Part shown: positions 12,078 to 25,644 of the stretch, one piece after another | How the letters are laid out: the number at the start of each line of letters is the position of its first letter | Position numbering within the stretch: the stretch's first letter is position 1 | DNA from: Prorocentrum cordatum | Lineage: Eukaryota | Reading direction: 5' to 3' | NCBI GenBank assembly: GCA_963575745.1 | Contig: CAUYUJ010000092.1 | Span: 248,001-312,000, forward strand | Length of the DNA stretch: 64,000 bases | The notes under the pieces: generated by a model | What the model saw: only the letters and a program-made list of their open reading frames with translations | The model's database searches: none | What the model was told of the DNA's origin: nothing | Position numbers and translations under genes: made by a program

Positions 12078-12187
12078 GGATACTGGTGGCTTTCGCCCCA
12101 AGACATCGCCGGCCAGACGTGCGATTAGAGTGTACCCTGTGTACGCACAGGAGCGCAAACCCACTGAAGGGATGGAGGAATATTCTC
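12078..12187 (+). repeat. split direct repeat B1 of element 2
   Basis: 110 bp, with few mismatches to 12744-12853. Confidence 0.9.
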
Positions 12188-12201
12188 TCAGCCCCCAAAT
12201 C

Positions 12202-12612
12202 GCGAATTGGGGGCAGGAAAATATGACGACCAAGCGTGTCATCATCCACTCTTCTCCTCTTGGCCTCTGCGGGCTTCTGGGGTTTGCGCTCGTGGCACAG
12301 GTGCCAATTAGTGACAAGCATGCTTGTCTCACATGCCTGGTGCTCTCCTGAGGGAGCAGGCGTATCTGCCTTGCGTCGTGCTCCTGAGAGAGCAGGTAAC
12401 CCTGCCTCACACGCTTGGCGGCTCCGCGGGAGCTGGCGGGAGCCGTGATTGGGAGTCTGCTCCTCGAGGGCACGTGAAGCGCGTCGAAGGCCTCTGGTGA
12501 TGGGAGCTCGTGGGTCCCTCGTCGCTGGTGCTATGCTGTTCAAGGTTGAAGGCTTGCTCGTGGGTCCTTCGTCGCCGGTGCTATGCTGTTCAAGGTTGAA
12601 GGCCAATTACAC
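12202..12612 (+). repeat. split direct repeat A2 of element 2
   Basis: Matches 3949-4360. Confidence 0.9.
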
Positions 12613-12743
12613 CTGTTGGTAATAGTCTATTCCTGGTGCCGCTGGGCGCCATCTTGCACCGCCGAGTGCTGCAGTTTCGGCTGCCTGTGGGTTGCTTTAA
12701 TTCCCAGCCCTCCCGCCCTCGTGGGTTATGCGCTCTCTGGCCA

Positions 12744-12853
12744 GGATACTGGTGGCTTTCGCCCCAAGACATCGCCGGCCAGACTTGCGATTAGAGTGAA
12801 CCCTGTGTACGCACAGGAGCGCAAACCCACTGAAGGGATGGAGGAATATTTTC
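12744..12853 (+). repeat. split direct repeat B2 (right end) of element 2
   Basis: Matches 12078-12187; ends ATATTTTC. Confidence 0.9.
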
Positions 12854-13074
12854 TGGGGACGATGTTTCGATTGTGCTTGAGCATTTGTTGAGCATGTTTG
12901 GGGTATTTGTTGTCCAAAATCCGCTTGTAGGGGGCAGGCCCGACCTAACAATAGCGAAAGGAGGAGCAGGAATGAAAACGGGGGATGGAGGCAAAAGATG
13001 GAGGGAAGGCGTGGGGGAAGAAGACATCGGCTCGCCTTTTCTCTCCTCTTCTCTTATTTTCTCTTCTCTTCGCT

Positions 13075-13435
13075 TCCCTTCTCCTCCTCCTCCTCCTCCT
13101 CCTCCTCCTCCTCCTCCTCCTCCTTCTCCTCCTCCTCCTCCTCCCCCCCCTTCCTCTGTCTCTCCGCCTTCTCTTTCTCCTTCTTCTTCCTATGCCTGGA
13201 GGACTCCTCGGCGGACCACGACTTGCTCCGGGTAGACTCGGGATGGCAGCTTCGGGTGGCAGCTCCAGCAGACGATGACGCCGTCACCACCCAGACAATA
13301 GAGGACAGAGGGGGACAACGGATGAGAGAAGGACGGGGAAGAGGACGACAAGGAGGAGTTGGGCGAAATGAGTTTGCAGCTGTGACAGGAGGAGGGAGGA
13401 GGAGGAGGAGGAGGAGGAGGAGGAGGAGGAGGACG
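13075..13435. repeat. (CCT)n and (GGA)n microsatellites
   Basis: Pure tracts at ~13080-13145 and ~13395-13433. Confidence 0.9.
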
Positions 13436-16400
13436 AAAAGGACGAGAGCAGGAGGAAAGGGACCAGAGTTACCCAAGCATGCATCAACGATGCTGCAATA
13501 CACCCTCCCTTCCCCGACTACCCAACGACTCTTCTCTCGCGGACAAGAGCAAGCCAGTGCGATTCTGTACCTCCATTCGGTTCCATCGTCATCGGGCAGG
13601 TTGGTCTGGGACGATGTGGCCAATCATTACACCGCACGGGCCCTTTGCCATTATGGCTCAAGCGGCGTGTTGCGGTGGCCTGCCTAGGAAATCGGCTGGC
13701 GCTGCTGGTCTGCTTCGACACGGGCTCCCCAGAGGTCGCCGCTCCGGCCGTGAGTTTGCTTGCCGAGCTCACCGCCTGGCATGCTGGGCGGTGCCGCCCT
13801 GCTGCGACGAGGGCGGCCCAGAAGGCCACGAAGCTGCCGGCCGAGCTCGCCGGGCAGCGTCGTGAGCGCCGCCGGCCTGCTGCGACAAAGGCAGGCCGCG
13901 AGACGGCTGGCGATTTGGGCGCGGCAACCTTGCTGCGACGAGGGTGGGCTGGAGGTTGCCGCGCGGGCCGCGGACCTGCTGGGTGGGCTTGCCAGCCTGC
14001 TGCGGCACGGGCGGCCTGGAGATCGCCGCTCGGGCCGTGGGGTTGCTGCCCGAGCCCGCGGGGGCCGCTTGCGAGCTGGGCGCGCCCAGCCTGTGTTACC
14101 TGCGACGGGGGTGGCCCGGAGCTCGCCACGCAGGCCGTGAAGCTGCTGGCCGTCCTGGCCGAGGCAGCGAACGCTTTGGTCATCGTTTTCGTATTCCTTG
14201 TTTTGCCGATCGGCGCGGGCCCTCGCACCCCCCCCCCTCCCCCCCCAATGGAGTAGATCTTGGCTGTTTTCGGCGCATGTTCCCAGCAGGTGGAGGCCCT
14301 CCCCATAGGAGGACGCACTGTCTCAAACAGTCCTGCCAGGCAGAGGTCTGGAGCCAGACCTCCCCCCCCTCCCCCCATTCCGCCCAATGTCGACACGCCG
14401 AAGAAGAAAACGCTCGCCCTGCCAGCCCGCCAGGAGGAGGCCGCCGCGCGGGACGCGAAGTTGCTGGCCGAGCTGGCCGACGGTCTCACCGCTCGGGCTG
14501 CGCAGCTGCCGGCCGAGTGCGCCGAGGCACGGTGCTGGGCGCCGCAGCCCTGCTGCCTGCCACGGGGGCGGCCCAGCGCTCACCGCGCAGGCTGCGAAGC
14601 TGCTGGCCGGCCTGGCGAGCTGTCCCACGCCGTGCGGCTGGCGTTGCGGCCTGAAGCGACGAGGGCCTTCCCAGAGGTCGCCACAGCGGCCGCGAGGCCG
14701 CTGGCCGAGGCAGCGTTCGGGGCGCCGCCAGCCTGCCGCGACGAGGGCGGCCCAGTGCTCGCCGCGTGGGCCGTGTAGCTGACGGCCGATCTCGCCAGGC
14801 TTTCCTCGGAAACTGGAACATATGCATTACCAGTGGCGGGCGGTTTCTCAATCCCAGGACTTCTTGAGGGCCGAGGACGACGCTGGGGTGGGGTGGTGTA
14901 TAGGTTGTTCCCCGATGTCCTGGGGAAACAACGAAAAAATGTATACACCAGGGTCCCGTATACACCAGGATCCGCTCTCCAGTGCAAATTCCAATGCAGG
15001 GCCGGAAGAAGCGTCGGTGTATAGAGTTCGGTTCCCTATTTCCCCGAGTCAAGAGGGTGTTCGCCAAGCGCGGCACAAAGACCCGACGTCGGAAGTGCTC
15101 ACGGCAACAGTCCTGCGGTCGGGAGTTGTTGGATGGCGTGTCGCTCCGCCGGTTGGCCCACCACGCGTCGGCGCGACACGCTATCCACGTCCCTGTCCCC
15201 GAGCGTCAATGTTCCGAGGCTTTCCGAGCCTCCCGCCCCGCGAGGCGGAGCGACGTGCTGTCCACTCGTAAAGCAGCACAGCGTGCCGCCGGGGCCGCCG
15301 GGGTGACACGCGAAGCAGAAGTCCCCGACCGTACAGATTTCTCGACGTATCTTCGGGGGTGGACACCCCCGCCCTGACACGTCGATTAGTGAATTATCCG
15401 TTTTCGGTTCTCGAGAGGGCGCCGTGGCCCTCATGTTCCAGGCTTGCGCCCGCCCGATTTGGGCTCGAGGTTGTTTTCCCTAAACCACGTTCTGCTAAAG
15501 GGGGTTCTGTCCATCCCCGGTTCCTGGAGCTGCGAGACAGCCTCCCGCTGGCGCGCTGCCAGTCGTTGCGGCTGCTGGGTGGCCAGGGCGCGGCCTGCTT
15601 GGCGATTGCTGTGCGAACGCTGCGCCGCCGCGCGGCCAGCTCCGCCGTCCTCGAGCGCCTCTGAGGCGAGGCCGCTCCTCAGCGACCCCATGGCGGGCTG
15701 CGTCCCGGGGCGGCCCCCTCACCAGAGCTGCTCCCGGACGGCCCCGGGTGCACTGTCGACGAGGGTGCTGCGCGGTTCGCGCCGGAGTGCGACGGCCTCG
15801 CGAGCGGCCCCCCAGGGCTGGGTGCCGTCCCGGGCGGTGCGCGCCGACATGCGGCGTCCTGGTGGATGGCCCCATGACGGGGGCTGGCCCCGTGACGGGG
15901 CGCATTGGCGGGGGTGAATGCGGGGCGGCTCGCACCAGAGCGCGACGTCATGGCGAGCGGCCCCATGACGGGAGATGCTTCCGCATTGCCCAATGCTGGG
16001 GGGCAGTGTCAGGCGTGAATGTTGGGCGGCACGCGCCGGAGTGCGGCGTCTGGCGGGGCGGCCCCATGGTGGGACTGCGCCCTCAAGGATGAGTGCGAGC
16101 AAGGGCGACAGCGCATCTCCATTCATGAGGTGGATACACAGCTTTGGCGAGAGGCAGAACTGCACAGCAGCCGTGAAGGCCAACAACGCCGCCTTCTCCA
16201 GGTAGAGGCCGGCTTTGAGAAGGCCCTTTCCCCAGGCATCACGCGCGCGAATCTGGTATTTCCTCTCGGAGTGCAAACTTTTCTTGAAAAGCCGACGTGT
16301 CCCGTCCTCGGAATAGCCAGACTTTGTTCAAGGCGGGCATGCGCGTCGTTTCGGCCGAGGCCAGAGTTTGAAAACGAACTACCATTCATCCGAACAGTTG

Positions 16401-17307
16401 TCAATAATTACTCGTGCGCGCATGGGTTTTGAGCGGGACAGTGCATACACCAACGACGTGGGCAATTGTATGGCGGTATTTCACGTCGTTTCGTTTTATC
16501 ATTTCATTCCCATCCTCCCTCCTCGTGTTCCTCCTCTGCCGCCGCCTCCTTCTCATATCCCTCTATCTGTGCTTACAGCAATCGATTATCTGTGGCCCGA
16601 ATATCAACCACGCGGGCAGGACAGCAACTGTCTGCATTTAGGGGCTGGACTTCATGGTAACCCCTCTCTCTCCACCTCGTCCTGCCGTTCTCCTCCCCCC
16701 CTTCCCCTGCGCGCGTGCTTTCTTGTCGTCCTGCGGTGGACAGAGGCACAATTTTAATAAAATTGAAATTCACTTGATTAGTAAGCGTTGGCCTTCCAGA
16801 CCGTTGCGGTGTGCGGCTTGTGGGTAGCGGATCTCTGGCCCAGGGCATACATTATGTCCGGTCTTAAATGATCCGAATTCTCCGCCGATGTTTTGCTAGC
16901 GCATCGCCAGACAATGTTGGAGTGGTGGTCGAGGGGGCATGTGCTGCGAAACATCGCAATAGCCGTTGAAGATTTGTGTGCGGCGCAGTGGCGAGAGCCA
17001 CACGTTGACGAGACACCGCATGTCATTCGCGAAGCGTTCTGGATTACTTCCAGGCGTGTGTGCGCAGCGCCGAGGAAGTGTCCGCAGCGTGAGAACCAGC
17101 TGTGCTCCAGCCCGCTGGCGGTCATCAGCTTCCGGGTGGAAGCTGGAGTCACGCGCTGCTCAGGGTCCGCCCGCCGGCCGCAGACTTGCGAAACGCGCTG
17201 GACGCAACAAAAGCGTGCTCGGCGCTTGGCCGAGAGCCACACGCGGAAAGCAGCCTGCCTTCTGGCCGCGCAGGTGCTGGACACCTGCAGCTGAGAGGCT
17301 GACGATA

Positions 17308-17478
17308 ACCACCCACCAAACCCCCCCAGCCCAACCCGAAGGCCTCACTTTGCCCTCCATTTGCAGTTTGGGGAGGTCGGGGAACATTGGAAAAACACCC
17401 GGAGCCCGTACCCCTCCCCAACCCGAAATTTGGGTCAAATTCGGGTCTTCGGGTTGGGTTGGGGTGGTCTGGTAGGTA
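17308..17478. mobile_element. small MITE-like element with ~33-bp imperfect terminal inverted repeats
   Basis: Left acccaccaaacccccccagcccaacccgaaggcc versus reverse complement of right end acctaccagaccaccccaacccaacccgaagaccc. Confidence 0.5.
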
Positions 17479-19132
17479 GTCAGACAATGACGAGGATGTC
17501 TGAGGCGGATCGCCCGGCCCGCACTGCCGACAAGTCGGGTCTTGTGGCGACGAACGGCTGAAGAGAGAGGGAGGCAGGAGGAGGAGGAGGAGGATCCAGG
17601 AGTGAGGCGGGGGTGAAAAGGAGATTGGGTGAGGGGGAGGGAAAGGGAGACAGATGAGGAGGACGCGGAGGAGAGAGAGGGAAGGAGGACGGGAATGATA
17701 AGGATGAGGCTCGTCAAGGACGACGCGGACGAGGAGGAGCGTGCCCGTCCGCTGGAGGACATGGGCGGGCACGGACATCGCCCGCGGGGCAAGGTGGTGC
17801 CGTCGTCGGACGAGGGCAACCCCCAGGGCCTGCCTGGGGTGCCGGCTGGCGACGAAGGTCGAGCCCAGCTCATCTCCTCCACTTCGCTTCCTGACCCCCT
17901 CCTCCGTTCCTCCTCCCTTCAGGCTCGTCCCTCGCATTCTCGCCCATCACCCTGCTCGTTCATCCTGCTCCTCTTCCCCCTGACGGCGACCAGCGAAATC
18001 ATTGGACAAGCTAACTTAGCGAGCAAGTCGCCTTGACACCTCCTAAGGGCGGCATGCAAGCACTACAACGTTAAGAGGTGACAACCGTCTGCTTGCATCT
18101 ACAAGGGGACTGGATGCCAGACCTCACCGTGACACTGGTAATCCTCCCCCGTGCTGGGAGAATGCAGAGGTAGATCGGGAATGCCACTTAACCGTTGCCA
18201 CTGGCTCCTTGCTGCAGTAGCCCGGCTGGGCGAATCGCCGCCTGGTGAGATTTGGAGAGCCACGTGGTAGCCTCTTCACTCGCCGTGCTGTCGCTGGCTG
18301 TGGCCGTCGCTTCAGGCACTGGCACGGCGGGCCCCAAATATGGGGGGGAGGGACCGTATGCGGGGCCATCAACACCAATATTCACAACGACTTACATGCT
18401 GAACTTGGTACGTTCGGCCCCGCCACGATGTTCCAAAGTTTGGCTCCGCCGGGGCCCTGGAGGTGCCTGTGGGGTCTGTGGTGTTCACGGGCATTGTGGT
18501 GTTCAGGCTGTGCGGTAGACACAGGTGGTGCTCAAGCAAGACGTGGTGAACACGGCAGCTGGAGTGTGCGCAGGTATTGTACTAGTGTACATAAGCACGG
18601 TGGTGTAGATGCGCATTGTGGTGCACACAGGCATCGTGATGTGCATCGGCAATGTTGTGCACACAGGTCTGGTGGTGAGCACAGGCGCTGTGGTGTGTGT
18701 ACACAGGCAGTGGAGGTGTATGCAGAGATTGTTGTGTACAGAGGCTCTGTGCTGTAGTCAACCACTGCGGTGTGGATGGGCCCTGGCGCCTTGGAGTTCA
18801 TAGGCATTTTGGGACTATTGTCGGATGTCCTCGGCCACTTCAGCCGGCAACCAGAATCAATGAATCATTCGACATGGGGATCCCCGTTTGTGCGTCTCAT
18901 GTTCTGGCACTTCCCTCTGTGAGCACCTGGGAGCGAGCAAATCGAGTCGCGAGTTAGACGATGTGCAGGTCCGAGTAGCATCACTCCTCTTCGCTCTTCT
19001 GAGCCGCCGCACGCTTGCCCCGGGCGGCTCCCTCTTGGGGCGTCCGAACGCAATGCTTGCCACACCCTTGTGATCCCGGGGCTTTGAGAGGAGAGGCGTC
19101 GCAGGTGCCGAACGAGCGCCTCGCTCGAGGCA

Positions 19133-19262
19133 CCTCCTCCTCCTCCTCCTCCTCCTCCTCCTCCTCCTCCTCCTCCTCCTCCTCTTCCTCCTCCTCCTCC
19201 TCCTCTTCCTCCTCCTCCTCCTCGCTCCTCCTCCTCCTCCTCCTCCTCCTCGCTCCTCGCTC
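19133..19262. repeat. (CCT)n microsatellite
   Basis: Direct observation. Confidence 0.95.
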
Positions 19263-20217
19263 CTCGCTCCTGGATCCTCGCTTCTCCTTCTCCTCCTTGG
19301 CGGCTCCCAGCTTGGAGTGCCGGTGGTGTCACGGCCGTCTGCTGGTCACTGTCGGGGTCTGCCTGTGCCCGTGGGTGTGCATGCAGGCTGTGGTGCCGCA
19401 TGAGGCTCAGGAGAGGAAGGAAAAGCACACACACACAGACACCATGAGTCGCCGATTTGTCCCCCAGAAGAGATCTGGGAGAATACGGGAGGTGGGGGGG
19501 AGACAAACGCCTAGAACGGATGGGAGAGTAGGGGGAAGCCTGTTCTTTGTTGATGACTTTTGGGTTTACACTGGTCCTCCTCCTCCTCCTCCTCGTCCTC
19601 TTCAACCCCCCACTTGGGTCGTCGCCTGTGGCCACCCGCCCGAGAGGCGAGAAGCCGACCCGACCCGCGCCTGCGCTTCGTTTCCATCGATCTGCGTGTC
19701 CCGGGGCCCTCTTCCGAGGCGGCCCCCCGGACCGGGGCGCGCGCGAGCGGGCCCGTGGAGGACGCCAACGGCGGCGCCCATTCTGGGAGCTTCCGCGGGC
19801 CGCTGCAACGACACGGGCCGGGGGCACCCAAGCCAGCGCTTCTCGGGGCTCCAGAGGCGGGGGTCCATGCAAACGGGGGTCAGCCAGGGCACCGGATCCT
19901 GCAGGATCCTGCGAAGACCTCCTCTGGCTGATCCGGGTTAGCGAGCCGCTCGTGGCCGCGAGGCGGCCGCGCACATTGGCTGACCCGGGTTTGCGAAGAC
20001 CTGCGTGGCAGTTTTTTTTCCTGCATTGCAATTTTTTTGGTTTCCTGCTGACCCGGGTCTGGATTGACCCGGGTCAGAAGATGCCCGAATTTCTCAGGAG
20101 GGAAAAACGCACACAGACACCACTCAGGCTCCCAGGGAAAAGGGGAAATATGGGAAGCGGGAGGGAAGACGAAAATCCAGAAAATATTAAAGAATATGGG
20201 GAATCCTCGGATTTGCG

Positions 20218-20323
20218 TGTGTATTTATGTGTATTTATGTGTATTTATGTGTGTGGGTGTGGGTGTGGGTGTGGGTGTGGGTGTGGGTGTGGGTGTGGGT
20301 GTGTGTGTGTGTGTGTGCGTGTG
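20218..20323. repeat. compound (GTGTATTTAT)/(GGGTGT)n/(GT)n microsatellite
   Basis: Direct observation. Confidence 0.9.
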
Positions 20324-20981
20324 CCTTTTCATTCATTTCAATGACCTCTGATGCAATTTCAGCACACACAGGCTTCTAGGTTTGTGATTTCTCATCGGAC
20401 AGTAGCTCGGAACCTGTATGCTCTGACTCTTTTGGTTTCATGTCTCGGGCCGTCTGCGTTGGGTAATCCGCGCGTCGCCGTCTTCGGGACTCTTGGGATC
20501 CTGCTGGTGTGCCAGTGCAGGTTCTCTGTCTTCCTCTTCCTCTCTCCCCTGCTCGTTCTCTTCTTCGCTTCCGTCCTCTCGCCTCCTGGCCGTGCCCCTG
20601 CTCGCTCGCTCCCCTCGCCTGCGCCTCCTGCGTGCGATCCTACCAGACAGCTGCCGTCTGGGTTTTCATATGGCAGCGTTTATGTTCAAAGCGTCCGAGC
20701 GAGGGGTTTAGGAGCTCGCTCAAGGCCGAAAGGCCGCAAATACGTATTGGCTCCTCGCTCGGCTGCGCGTGTGACAAGATCGCCTGCGCTTGGGGCTTGT
20801 GACAAGAATTGTTCCCTCGTGTTTGATTGTCTACGCCTACGGCGATTGAGGCTTCGCCTCTCCTGGCACTCTACCGTGGTGACGTCTTGGGAGCTGGTCT
20901 GCAGGAGCCTGGTTATCTTGGTAACGACAACTCATCCAAGTGTGACGCGGGGAGAGTGGAGCGCCGATCCGTCCAGACAGC

Positions 20982-23606
20982 GTGTACCGCACCCCGCCTA
21001 CATATTCCATATTCCATATTCCATATTCCATATTTTGGTTTTCCATATTTGTTCTTCTCGGGTTTGATGGAACAGTTGATTTTAGACCAAGGATTGGCGT
21101 TAAGAGTTGGAGAGTTTGCCAGCTCAGACAGCAGACGGCTGAATCACATATCCACGGTAAACACCACCACGTGGCGGACACGCAGAGTCCACAACGAGAC
21201 CACCAGGGCTATGGTCACGACTCTGCAGGAACTACAACGGGCCCATGCCGACTTCCAGTCCACCCAGCGGTATCAAGATCAATTTCAACGACGGTTGGAA
21301 TATGGCCACGGGTTGGCCGACATGTAGCTTCCATGGTGATGAAGTGTACCCGCCTCACGCTGGAGGCGATCCTTGCCATGCTTGCCACACTTGCTGTACA
21401 TCGCCCCTGTTTCCCGCTTCGACCAATCTTCTTTTTCGTATGTATACGTGGTTGTACAGGTACTCTCCAGGGTGAATGTGATGAATACCTTCATACTCAT
21501 ATGGGCACGCGGCAGTCTCTTTCGGCACTACCTGGACCCCAGATCCTCCCCGTAATGATGCAGGAACTTCGGGCGACGATGGGATGGTCCACCAAGATCT
21601 CAATATACAGCGACCTACGGAGTCAGCAACGACACGGTGATGTGACGGCTCTGATCTTGGCTTCAGGTTTGTGGCAGATCCTTGTTTCGGCTCCATCCAC
21701 GCGGTATACAGACTACGTGCACCTTGTTCAGAAGGAGCTCCTCGAGCTCCTCCCACGGCCAGGTGCAAGCCCGTATGTCTCGACCGTGGTCACAGCCCTC
21801 ACGGTTTCTCTCACATTGTGTCGCATTCGAGCCCTTCTCACAGGTGGACGCAAGGGGCGTCAACAGGCCCGCAAGTTGATCCGCAACCTTCCCCCACGCC
21901 TGGCTTCAGCCTTTGATCGGAAAGGTGACGCCACTCTGTTGCATGCGCTTGAACTGTTCACCTTTGTTTATCTGCAGGCAATATGCATTTCAGATCCTAC
22001 GCCGAGGCCCTCGGGACACGACCCAGGTTCCCTCAGCTTTGTGCACCAACTTGGCTCCGACTGTCTTTATGTGGGTCGAGGTTCCATGGTACGGCACTCT
22101 AGTGGGCACTCTGGTGGAGTCGGGCGCTTCCGCGAGCACTTACGAGGCCTCCGCTGCATTTCCAACGGGACCCCAACTGAGGAGCGCAGTCGGTACCTCC
22201 TGCTGGCCCCTGGGTGCTCCTCTTGGCCCCTGATGCTTTCTCGCCGTTGTGCCCTCCTCCCAAGCCCGCGCTCAGGAGAGCGCGTTTATTGCCTACTCGC
22301 GACCCGCGGCCAACAGCCTGAGCAATCCCCATCTTGGGCGTCTGCGGGCAAGGTACAGGGAGACCCCCAGATGGCGCAGACACCGATCCTGGAGGCGTCA
22401 GACTCTACCTCATTGTGGCGCTCAAACTGTGCCAAACCAATCTTGGTATGAACGACGCATGGCGTCTCTCTGCACTAGGTACATGGGCTTCTCTAGGTAG
22501 CTCGCGGGCCGACATGGGTGGCAACATTTTCTCCAACACAAATACGGTGATCTCTATGACCGCCCCCTCCAACAGTGGACTTCGCAGGATTTAGGCCACG
22601 GGCCCCTCAACATCCTGGGAACGGGTCAGACGGTCCTTATGATGAAATGGATCGATGTGCACCCCCACGCTATTCCTTGGGAGTGCATCTGTCAGGGCCG
22701 ACGGCATGGTTCCGACTTCCTGTATCATGTGTGGGAGTTTACTACTCTCTGTATCCCCATTGGATGGATCGGATAAGAGTTCGATCGTCCCTGAAGGCCT
22801 ACCTCAACAGTCTGCGACTGCCCGCCCCTGTGCCGACGGTGATCAAAGTGTCTCACAGCTCGGAGGTAGCGGCTGTGCGCGGCTGGCCGGCCAACACGGC
22901 CCAGCAAGCCCGACCTACCAGGCCAGCTTGGGCCACGTGGGCCGCCAAGTCAGCGCGGATTTTGGCCCAGACAACGCCGTGCATTCGAGGAGGCATGCGC
23001 GACATTGCTCGCACTTTTCGAACCATGCAGTTTGACCAGCTTGCCTCTCTCACCTTAGATGACTTCAAACGCGCCGCCAGAGGCGACGACATGGAACGAA
23101 TCCCCGTGAACGGCCGCACTCCCCTTCTCACTCCGACCTCCTCAAGCGCCCGCACGAAGGATGCCCGAGCCTCTTGTAACAAATTGCTAGCCTCTCAAGG
23201 CCTGGATAGGACCCAGTTTTCCCCTTGTCGACGGCCTCCTCCACGGCCCACCCCTGAAGGAACCCAAGATGAAGGGCCCTACCGACACTTGACTGCAGCA
23301 CGAAGTAAGTTCGAGGAAAGGGCCTATAAGGCTCGCCAGGCTTGCACGTTTACGGTGGAAGATAAAGATCCGAACACTATGTGGAAAGTCTCTGGGATAT
23401 ATCATCTGGCCCGGTGGCTGGCTATGATCGCTAGGGCTCCTACACGGTGGAGGGCATTCAATACCCCTGCGATGGCTGTGGTTTCTTGGCATCGGTTACT
23501 ATATGATTACACCATCCCCAAGAGCATGCGATCACCTGGGGAGGGCCCTCTAAACCAATCCCACATTCCATACATCTACCCAAACGGTCAAGCTGAAGTG
23601 CTGGCG
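20982..23606 (+). mobile_element. degraded, truncated Penelope-like retroelement with N-terminal GIY-YIG endonuclease
   Basis: CLYVGRG...GRFREH (22059-22139) matches the GIY-YIG YxG...R..EH pattern. Downstream VEDKD (23355-23369) and IPYIYP(T)VK (about 23565-23592, one frameshift) match the PLE RT N-terminal DK and PxxYxxxK motifs. The catalytic RT core is missing. Confidence 0.6.
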
Positions 23607-23909
23607 CGGGGGGGGGGGGGGGGGGGCAACCCCCCCTGAAGGGGGGTGGGGTGGTCCAGACCCGAAATGGAACGAATTACAACCGACTAGTCCCAATTCC
23701 AACCGTTCGGAGCGAATTGTAACCAGAAGTGAGACCAATTCCAACCAGAAATGAGACCAATTACAACCACGGATGGGATCTTCAGCGGAATTCCTCCCGA
23801 TTCCTTCGAATTCTTCGGAATTCCTCAGGATTTCTTTGGATGCCTTAGGAATTCCTTCGGATTCCTTCGGAATTCTTTTGGACTCTTTCGGAATTCCTCA
23901 TTCTTTATT

Positions 23910-25232
<1,323 letters not shown>

Positions 25233-25644
25233 AGGAGGATCCATTTTGCATATTTTAGAATCGATGCAATTCGGTGCGTTTTTGCTTACGCTTCGATGCC
25301 GTCTTGCTCATCTTAACGCAATGCTCGTGCGCGGACCGAAAACTGAGACCAATTCCAGCTCTAGCACGCATGTTGGCTTCCAGATCCTCTGCTCTGACAT
25401 AAGGGGTGTCACTTGGTCTTCGCAGTCGCCCTGGGCTTCTCTACAATTAAAATCTTATTGTGGGGCTATCCCAAGCTGGATGGGATTGAGCCCAGCTTGC
25501 TTTTCGCACTAGTTAGGATTGGTCCCAGTTGGTTGGGATTGGGCCCAGTGGGTTGGGATTGGGCCCACATGCGTCCGGACCCTCCCCCTCGCCCCCCCTT
25601 GGCGCTGGAAAGGGGGGGGGGTCGGACCCCCCCCTCGTCGTGTA

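Larger units (their letters stand above)
3949..12853 (+). mobile_element. near-complete degraded tyrosine-recombinase retrotransposon with split direct repeats (Ngaro/PAT-like), family 2
   Basis: Order is A1 (3949-4360), gag-like, RT/RNase H, YR, B1 (12078-12187), A2 (12202-12612), B2 (12744-12853). No target-site duplication seen. Confidence 0.85.

Noticed and set aside
13518..16100. Many overlapping Ala/Arg/Pro-rich ORFs
   Set aside because: GC-rich degenerate repeats are open in several frames, with no recognisable motif.
16100..18250. Possible exons of a host gene
   Set aside because: The sequence is complex, but it has stops and frameshifts and no family could be recognised.
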